The notes beneath the pieces were generated by a model. The model worked only from the letters and a program-made list of their open reading frames with translations. It did not search any database and was not told where the DNA came from. DNA of 64,000 nt from an uncultured delta proteobacterium (lineage in GTDB: Bacteria; Myxococcota_A; Polyangia; Polyangiales; Polyangiaceae). The stretch lies in NCBI GenBank assembly GCA_963841435.1, contig CAWJCS010000006.1:1632001-1696000 (forward strand), written 5' to 3'. Shown piece by piece: positions 54,943-64,000 of this stretch (within the stretch, counting starts at the first letter, position 1; each line of letters starts with the position of its first letter). The position numbers were made by a program, and so were the translations under genes.

Positions 54943-55743
54943 ATGGCGAAGATCGAGGATCGAGATTGGGAGAAGCTCGGGCGCGCGCTCGAGGTCAGGG
55001 CACGGCGCGACGCTCGGACGCTCGACCACGAGAACCTGGCGTTCGAAGCTTTGCGAAAGACGCTCGAACGCAAGCCGGCCACCTTCGAGGCGGCGCGCGC
55101 CCTGGCGTTCAAGATCCTGGCCGACGAGGTCGCGGACGCGCACCGCCGAGCCGCCGTCGCGGCGCGGGGTCGCGAACGCCTCGGGCGAGGCGGCAAGCTT
55201 CCCGGCGGACGCAAAAGGGCGGTCCGGCATGCGACCCTCGCGGAACTGCGACCCGCCCTGCTCGCCGAGCTGGGGGCGGAATTCCTCGCGGCGTGGGGCC
55301 GCAAGCCGGCGGACGCTCTGCCGGGGCCGCTTGCGGAGGTGGCGGCGTTCCCGCCGCGCGACCGCCGCTCGCGGCTCGTGCAGCTCCTCGATCACGCGCT
55401 CGGCGACGTGGCGCCCTGGGCGGTACACCCGACGCCCGGGAGGCAGTACGGGGCCAGGCGGCGGGGCAAGGGCCGGGGCCTGCCCAAACCGGCGCCGCCA
55501 CGACCGAACGCGATCGGGCGGCTCCGTGCGCGGCTCGGGCGGGAGTTGACGTATCACGACCTGATGGGGATCCAGGAAACCCCCGAGTACCAAGCGTCTC
55601 TCGCCGAGTGGAACAGGACTTCCCGCCCCGGCGCCGACGAGTACCTCACCGATTGCGAGCTGGCGATCGTGTCGCTCCTGGTCGGCAACTGGCCGCGCGG
55701 GGTGAAGCTGCCCGCCAAGGTTGGGGACGTTCCTCACGCTTGA
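54943..55743 (+). CDS. Hypothetical protein of the integrated element
   Basis: Open frame from ATG 54943 with GC3-rich codons; no recognisable motif. Confidence 0.55.
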   Translation: MAKIEDRDWEKLGRALEVRARRDARTLDHENLAFEALRKTLERKPATFEAARALAFKILADEVADAHRRAAVAARGRERLGRGGKLPGGRKRAVRHATLAELRPALLAELGAEFLAAWGRKPADALPGPLAEVAAFPPRDRRSRLVQLLDHALGDVAPWAVHPTPGRQYGARRRGKGRGLPKPAPPRPNAIGRLRARLGRELTYHDLMGIQETPEYQASLAEWNRTSRPGADEYLTDCELAIVSLLVGNWPRGVKLPAKVGDVPHA

Positions 55744-55950
55744 GGTCGAGGTGATCCAAAAAGCGCGCGCACGTTGGGGCGTGCTGAGGACCGCCGACGA
55801 GAAGCGCACGGCCCGGGTGGGGCCGTCCCCTCGCCGTCGTCCGCGCTGACCTGTCCCGAAAAAACTCGGACGGCTTAGGAGGTGTGGCGCCCCCAGTCAG
55901 CACACCAGCCGCGGCGCGGCATGTAAGACCCGTGCCCCGAGAGGAGAAAC

Positions 55951-56165
55951 ATGATCAGCCCCCACGACGAGGTGAGGATCGCAGCTCACGCGATCGTTTG
56001 TCAGAGAACGGTGCGCCGGGTCTACGCCGGGCGCGGCAACGAGTACTCGCGCCGCCGGGTAGCGGAGGCGGCCAGCAGCTCGGCTTGCCGCCTCCCTCGG
56101 ACCCCTCGACGCCGTCGTTGACGACCTCGTCGAACGGGTCGCCGAGCGTCTCGCCGAACGTCTGA
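55951..56165 (+). CDS. Small HTH DNA-binding protein (probable frameshift near 56073)
   Basis: AGGAG RBS; MISPHDEVRIAAHAIVCQRTVRRVYAG...RRRVAEAA, continuing QLGL in the next frame. Confidence 0.5.
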
Positions 56166-56356
56166 TCGAACAGGGGGTCGGGCGACCCCAGCCGTCGCCC
56201 GGGCTGCTCGACCGTCGCGGGCTGGCGGAGGTGCTGGGTGTGTGCGTCGACGTGGTCGATCGGCTCCGGGGAGAGGGCATGCCCGAGCTTCGCGTCGGGG
56301 ACGTTCCGCGGTTCGAACGCGAAGCGGTGCTCGAATGGCTGAGGGGACGATCATGA
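56063..56356 (+). CDS. Excisionase/HTH_17-like protein (start codon not identifiable)
   Basis: LLDRRGLAEVLGVCVDVVDRLRGEGMPELRVGDVPRFEREAVLEWL; stop overlaps ATG 56353. Confidence 0.65.
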   Translation, partial: RRRPAARLAASLGPLDAVVDDLVERVAERLAERLIEQGVGRPQPSPGLLDRRGLAEVLGVCVDVVDRLRGEGMPELRVGDVPRFEREAVLEWLRGRS

Positions 56357-57469
56357 AGCCGCCCGAGAGGAAAGCCACCGCGCGCAAGTTCCGCGCCCGC
56401 GGGCAGCCGACAGCTTGGTGGCATTGCTCCGGGCCCAGGTCGAGAACTTCAGCGCGGAGCGGGATTGGGTCGTAGAGGGGATGATCGAGGGAAACCCGAT
56501 TGTGCTCGTCATCGGCCCAGAAAAGGCGGGAAAGTCGTGGCTCCTGCAAGACCTCGCCGTCTCGATGATTTGTGGCGATGCTTTTCTCGGACGTTTTTCG
56601 GTGCGCTCGCCTGGTCCGGTCCTGTATCTCGACGGCGAGTACGGCCACCACGAATTCTCCAGGCGTCTGATCCGGCTGGCGCGCGGGCACGGTCGCGACG
56701 CTCTCGAGTTGGTGGACGACGTTGACTACATCTACGCGCGCGGGTGGACGATCAAGTACGCCCCGCCAGAGCCAGGAAGGAAGCGCCCCCGCGAGGACGA
56801 GACCACCGTCCGACTCGTCCACGAGCTGCGAGCCATGGTTAAAGCCGACGACGGCCCCTCCCTGATCATCGTCAACCGCTCCGCAACTTCCTTGGCGGGA
56901 GCGAAAACGACACCGACGCCGTGCTCGCGTTCTTTCTCGGCCTCGAAATTCTGCGAACCGCCGCGCGCTGCCCGATCGTTGTTGCTCATCACCTGAACAA
57001 GGCCGGCGGCTACTCGGGGTCGCGCGCGCTGCTCGGACGAGCTGACCTGATCATTGAGGGTACGGACGAGCGCCCTCCTTGGTACTCGACGATTGGCCGG
57101 ACGATCCGGCGCGGAGACGCCATCGCGGAGCGGTTCACGGTCGATATCGAGCACTTGGACGACGACGACGACGCCGTGGCCAAGACCCTCGTCCGTGCGC
57201 GGTTCGCGAGCGAGAACCGGTCGAAGTTGGAGATCGGTAAGACGGCGTTGCGCGTGCTCGACCTCATCAAGGAGCGCGGGCCGGTGACGACGAGGGAGTT
57301 GCGCGGCCTCGCGAAGATAGGCGGTGCAAAGGTGAAGGAATGCTTGGACGACCTAAAGCGTGTAGGAGCCGTTCGGCACGACGGCGCGGGATGGAAACCC
57401 TCGCTGCAAGAGACCCTCGAAATCGAGGACGATGCCCGGGACACTCCACCCCGGGACAGAACTGCGTGA
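56353..57469 (+). CDS. AAA_25/RepA-type replicative helicase-ATPase; frameshifts near 56410 and 56877
   Basis: DWVVEGMI, Walker A GPEKAGKS, VLYLDGE, PLRNF..SEND, IVVAHHLNK, GSRAL, C-terminal HTH-like segment. Confidence 0.78.
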
Positions 57470-57622
57470 GTGTCCCGTGTCCGACGAGTGTCCCGCGTTT
57501 TACGTTGCAGCTTCTTTCCCGCTACTTCAGCCCGGGACACTCAGCCGGGACACAGGGCGTGGGACACATGGGACACCACCCTTAAGGGTGTGTCCCGATG
57601 TCCCGTCCCGCCTGGATGTCCC
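57438..57622. repeat. GGGACA/TGTCCC iteron-like array with a central palindrome; putative replication origin
   Basis: About 11 exact hexamer copies in both orientations; palindrome CACCCTTAAGGGTG at 57577-57590. Confidence 0.7.
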
Positions 57623-57960
57623 ACGCGGCATGATTGAAGTGGACGAAACGACACCACGCACAACCACCACACCCGCGCCGTGATCTACCTCCACCGCGTA
57701 ACAACCCTCCGCGCTCGCGCCCTCGGCCTTCGCCTGGTCAAGGGCGGTCGCCTCGGTGAAGCGAGCACCCCGCGCCTCGAGGTACGGTCGCGCTCGACTG
57801 TCGGCACCGTCGTTCACGTCGCTCGCCGTCGTCTGCGTTCGATGCTCGAGGACTCCGAACGGCCACCCGCATCCCCCCGCCGGAGGTAACGCCCTGGATT
57901 TTCCGAGGCAGGGCAACCTCGAATTGACGCCGCCCACAAGACACGGGTAGCGGCTATCCA

Positions 57961-58259
57961 ATGAGGTGGTACGTCAGCAGAGCGGGCGCAACTCAGGGCC
58001 CTTTCGAAGAGGACCAGGTCCGCGAGATGGCCAAGGGGAACCAGCTCGACAAGGCCCAGGTGCGCGACGAGGAAGGTGGAGCGTGGATCGCCGCCGAGAA
58101 GTCTCCTTCGGCGCGCTCATGAAGCAGCGCGGCATGCTCGCACCAGTCGTGTGCGGGCTCGTCGTGGCGATCGCCGGGACGGTGATCATCAACCCGCTCG
58201 CTGGTGTACTTGCAGGGGTCGTGACCTTCGGGTTGCTCGCGCTCGTTCGGCGGCTCTGA
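57961..58259 (+). CDS. GYF_2 (DUF4339)-like domain with two C-terminal TM helices; frameshift near 58107
   Basis: MRWYVSRAGATQGPFEEDQVREMAKGNQL...GGAW, then FGALMKQRG and two hydrophobic helices in the shifted frame. Confidence 0.55.
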
Positions 58260-59299
58260 CGGCGCGGGTGTCCCCGGTGCAGACCCGGAACTGACGCAGT
58301 TCCGATCCGCCGGGTGTCCCGAAAAAACTCGCGCGGTTCTAGAGTGTGCACCAGCAGTCACCACACGTCGTCCTCCTCGGCCCGCTCGCCCGCGCCGGCA
58401 GACGCGAGGGCACCGGCTCGCCGAGCCCGAGCCTTCGAATCGCCGATCAGGTGTTTTGGCTCTTGAACAAGGCTGGCGGGCCCGGGTTTCTGCACGGCCG
58501 TTTCTGCACGGGGCTTGGCGCGAGCAATTCCAGTTAGTTACTGTGCGCTGGTAGGCGCCGACGGCGGGCGGCGGGGGCGCGTGTGATGATCGGGCAGCGC
58601 ACGGAAGACTCGTCGCCTCGGGCGATCGCGTCGTCGAGACGCTGCCGGCAGACAAGCGGCCGGCGGGCGCGCGGAGACCGAGCACGAGCGCGGAGCCTGC
58701 TCGCGAACAGCGCGGGCGATGGCTTGCCGGAGACAAGCGCAAGATCGAGCAAGACCGCGCCGGCGGACGTTTCGCCGGGACCGCACGGCGCTCGCTCACA
58801 CTCGCGTCACCTCCAACGATAAGAAGTGGAGGGAATATACGGCAGGCCGAGGCGTTCGCGGCGCCAGGTTCGGCGCTCGCCGGATTCCGAGGCGGAGGGC
58901 AGTGCGGGCCGGCCGGCCGCGCTCGTAAGTGGCGGCGCTCGCGCTCGCGGCTCGCGCTGGCCAGCGCGCGCGGCGCGAGCTAGGCGCTCGGCTCGCCGCG
59001 CAGGTCGGGCACCACTCACCGGGGCGCACGATTGCGCGCGGGAGGAGGCGACCGCCCGACCCCCACAAGAGGCCATGCGGGCGGTCAGGTCCAATTAAAC
59101 GGAAGCTGCTCGAGCGCAGGCGGAGCAGCGCGCCATGGGGACGCGCGGAGGGCTCACTGACGCCTTCGCGGACCCGATTGAGTGGAAGTCATCACTCCGT
59201 GCGCGTCTCGCCGCGTGGCGAGCCACGGTCAAGGCCTGTACGACTGCGCTCGGCGACGCGAGCGCGCGTTTTCCAGCAGTCTGCTGGAGTTAAAGAGCT

Positions 59300-60560
59300 T
59301 ATTAGTTTTGCGTTGGTGGTGTGCGGGGAAAGAGAGAGAGTATTGTTCGCAATTTCGAAGCGTGCACGTAGGGCACTAAGCGAGAGAGAGAGGGGCAGGC
59401 GAGCTCATGTGATTGCGTGCGAGAGAAGTGCAAGAGATTAAAGCACGTAGGAATCAAAGCGCTAGAGGAAGAAAAAAAACTAGAAAACGGCGAACCGACG
59501 AGAGACGGGTGCGCTTGCACGGGTGAGAAGAGTTATGACGTGTATGCTCAACGAATGGGATTGACTATAGTGCTCGCGTGCTAGACGAGATTGTTGAGTT
59601 TAGGGGGACGACTCGATGACAGACAGAGAGATTCTCTCGAAGGCAGTGATCGCCCGCACGAGTGAGATCGTGTGGCAATCGCATCACGAGAGTGTATATT
59701 AGTGATGAGATGTTTTGAAAAGGATGGGATTACTTTAGTGCGTTGAGCGTATGTGCGTTAGTATGTGTGTTGATGGAGTGTTTTAATTTTTTGATTGATT
59801 ACGCCTGATAGAAAAAGAGAAAAGACGAGTGGGTTGTGAGTTTTGCAAGAGAGTAAAGGCAGAGTGGTAGACGCGATTGACTGAGGTCTGCGAAGGTTTT
59901 GGATGCGTGTAGAGTGTGTGTTTTAGTGTGACTTGAGCTTGATAGAATAAGTATTTTTTATTGATTGCGTTTTGGAGATTCTTGCGATTGCATGTGCACG
60001 CAGAGAAGTATGCGTTCGTTTTCGATTGGTGTTTGATGTTTGTTGTTTAGAGTTACGAAAGTGTTCGCTTTTTGAGGATTGTTGCGTGTGTTAGGGGATT
60101 TGTGTGATTATGATGGTGTTTGTGTTTACGTATTAGGTGTGAGGTGTGTTGTGAGTTGTGTGTTGTTAGGGATTACGTTAGTTGATGTTTTTGGATGGGT
60201 GGAATAAGTTTTGTTATGCTGTGAGTGAGCTTGTTGATGGTGTGTTGTCTCTCGAAAACCACCACCTCAGGCATCTCGCTAATATGAGTGTTGAGTTTTC
60301 TGATTAGGGTATGAATGGATTGAGGTGTTGTGGGTATGACGATTTGAGTGAGTGTAAAAAAAATTTTTCGAAGCGGGCGTGCTTGAGGTGAGAGGCGTGG
60401 AGGATTTGAGTGTACAGCGTTAGTGAAGTGCGTTCGCTTCGCTCGCCCACGATTTTCGGGTGACGCGAGTTATGATTGTGCGTGTTTGAGGATTTTAGAT
60501 GAGGCGTTGACATCGAGGATTGGACGATGGTTTCGAGTCGCTCGGGATCTCACGGCGCGA
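59300..60560. other. Low-complexity G/T-rich stretch, probable base-calling artefact
   Basis: Abrupt loss of C, GT/GA dinucleotide runs, no codon structure. Confidence 0.8.
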
Positions 60561-62339
60561 CATCATTTTTTATTCTTAGACGATATGAGAGTATCGCTGA
60601 ACCACCCCCAGGAGTTCCCCAAGATGTTTGCATTGCACGCCCCCGACGACGAGCGATCGCAGCTCTATCGAGAGTTCCTCGATCCCGAGACGTTCGCGCT
60701 CTATCAACAAGTCCAACGGAAGCCAGCACTACGCGCGGGCGCGGCGGTCTCAACATGACGATCGAGACGCGCTCGCAGAATTCGCAAAACCGCGCCCGCG
60801 CCGCGCAAGACGAACCGAGCGCCGCCCCGGCGTCGCTGCTTAACTCGGGCAACCTCGCGGCGCTCGCCGAAACGCCGACGAAGTTCGAGCACGAGCGAGC
60901 GCTCGCCGCGCGACGAGCAAGAGCGTGACGAGATCAGAGCCGCGCGCGCCGAAGCGGACGACCCGATTGAACGCGCGGGCCACCCCCCGCGACCGAAAGG
61001 ACCACCGCACACGTGACCCCCGACAAATCCAAATCTCCACCGCACCCGCCAACGAGCACGAGCGCGCGATGATGAAGGCGACGGGCAAGACGCTCGCCGA
61101 GCTGCGCGAGGCGCGCGCGGAATGGGACGCCGCCGAAACCATGACGCCGCAGGCACGCTCGGGTGTTCATCCAGGAGTGTGCCGATGAGCGAGCCCGCGC
61201 CGCGCCCCGCCGCAGCTCGCACCGGCCGCGCGCGCGTTCGAGTCCGCGTCAGACATCATACCACACATGGCGCGAAACCCGACGCCGCGCCGGCCTCTAC
61301 TTAAGCAGGGAGCCGACCGAGCACGACGTTCGCTCGACGCAGCTCGCGCAGCTGCGCGCCGACGAGCATGCTCACCGTAACGGTGCTCGACCAGGCCGCG
61401 CCCGAGCCGCTCACCCCCGACGACCGGCGCGCACTCGAGACGCTTCGATCGTGTCTCTTTGCGAGAACGAGCGCTCGAAGTAGTAAGAACGGCGCCTGGT
61501 GCTCGAAGCACGAGCTAGAGCAGCTCGATCGACTGGTCGCCGCGCTCTCAAAGCGACACCGTTCCGCGCACACGCGCGCCGGCGAAATACGAGCGGCGCG
61601 GGGCGAGCCGCCGAGCCGCCCGCGCCCGAGCGTTTCCTTCGTGCCCTCGAACGCGTCGAGCGAGCGCGTCGAGCCGGTGGCGCCGAATCGCACGAGCTCG
61701 CAGCCGCGACGAACGTGCTCAGCGACACAATCCCCCAAGACATGGCACGCCCGCCGACGCTTCTCGATGCTCGCTCGACGGCAGCTTGCAAGTCGAGCTC
61801 GCGCGCCGCGCTCGCGAGCACGAGAGAAGCGCGCCGAGCGCGAGCGGCAACGCGCCGAGGCCGCGCGCCTCGAGCGCGAGCAGGCCGAGCAAAAGCGATA
61901 CGAGCACGAGCTTCGGGAGGTCCTGCTCCTCGACGAGCAACGGGCAGCGCGACGCCGCACGCGCGCAACAGGAATCGAGCACGTAGCAGCACGAGCGCGG
62001 CGCGCATCGAAGCCGACGCCGCGCGGCGCCTCGCAGAGCGCGCAGGCGGTTCACCAAAGGTACGAGCGCGAGGTCGCGGGCCGAGCACCCAGAGGAGATG
62101 CCGCGGCAGTGACCTCGCGCTCGGCTAGTCAAAGACTTGGATTGTTGGGCGTTCCTCCCGAATATCGCGAGCGCGCCGCCCGACGGCGCTCGCGAGCGAG
62201 GTGTTGGGCCGTCGAGGGTCACATCACCTCGTCCCAAGGTCATCGGGCAAAATCTTGACCACGGCGGCGGTTGGGTCTGTCGCCGCGCGCGCGAAGTCGC
62301 GAGCGCGCGCGGAGGGTGAGTCTCGTCAAGGTTCCCTTC

Positions 62340-64000
<1,661 letters not shown>

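Noticed and set aside
57438-57622. CRISPR array
   Set aside because: Repeats are 6-mers in both orientations with irregular spacing; no cas genes or repeat-spacer period anywhere in the window.
44894-58259. Many frameshifted genes as pseudogenes or programmed frameshifts
   Set aside because: One-base indels increase towards the contig end while motifs on both sides stay intact, so low-coverage sequencing error is the simpler explanation. True pseudogenisation cannot be fully excluded.
59300-60560. AT/GT-rich block that could be read as foreign DNA
   Set aside because: Extreme strand asymmetry, dinucleotide runs and no coding signal indicate an artefact.

Overview
A high-GC bacterial window whose gene style points to a myxobacterium (probably Polyangiaceae/Sorangiineae; inferred from Cys-rich CGDG repeats, a fibro-slime domain, Ser/Thr kinases and many Gly/Pro-linker lipoproteins). 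1-32 kb is mixed housekeeping and accessory DNA: a FabL-like SDR, an ECF sigma factor, guaA, tRNA-Pro, ArsR/SRPBCC and LuxR/flavin monooxygenase pairs, a giant Cys-rich fibro-slime lipoprotein, two kinases, an APS reductase fused to a CxxC domain, a candidate ~370-nt structured RNA and a HelD-like ATPase. The highlight is 32.4-54 kb, a cellulose/beta-glucan utilisation locus. It holds GH9 and GH8 lipoprotein endoglucanases, a GH94 cellobiose phosphorylase, four non-catalytic CBM11-like lipoproteins, galK, an orphan MsiK-type ABC ATPase, a PPi-type PFK and three divergent paralogous outer-membrane proteins with LamB-like ends (FDxHG near the start, xxWW at the C-terminus). A LacI-type palindrome (GGAACCGGTTCC) recurs three times in its intergenic DNA, and no TonB-dependent receptor is present. 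At 54.6 kb an isolated 3' half of tRNA-Gly(CCC) marks the att boundary of a phage-satellite-like element (HTH and excisionase-like genes, AAA_25 replicase, GGGACA iteron array). Single-base frameshifts become more frequent towards the right. Most sequence beyond ~59.3 kb (GT-rich noise, poly-T/poly-A) looks like a long-read contig-end artefact.
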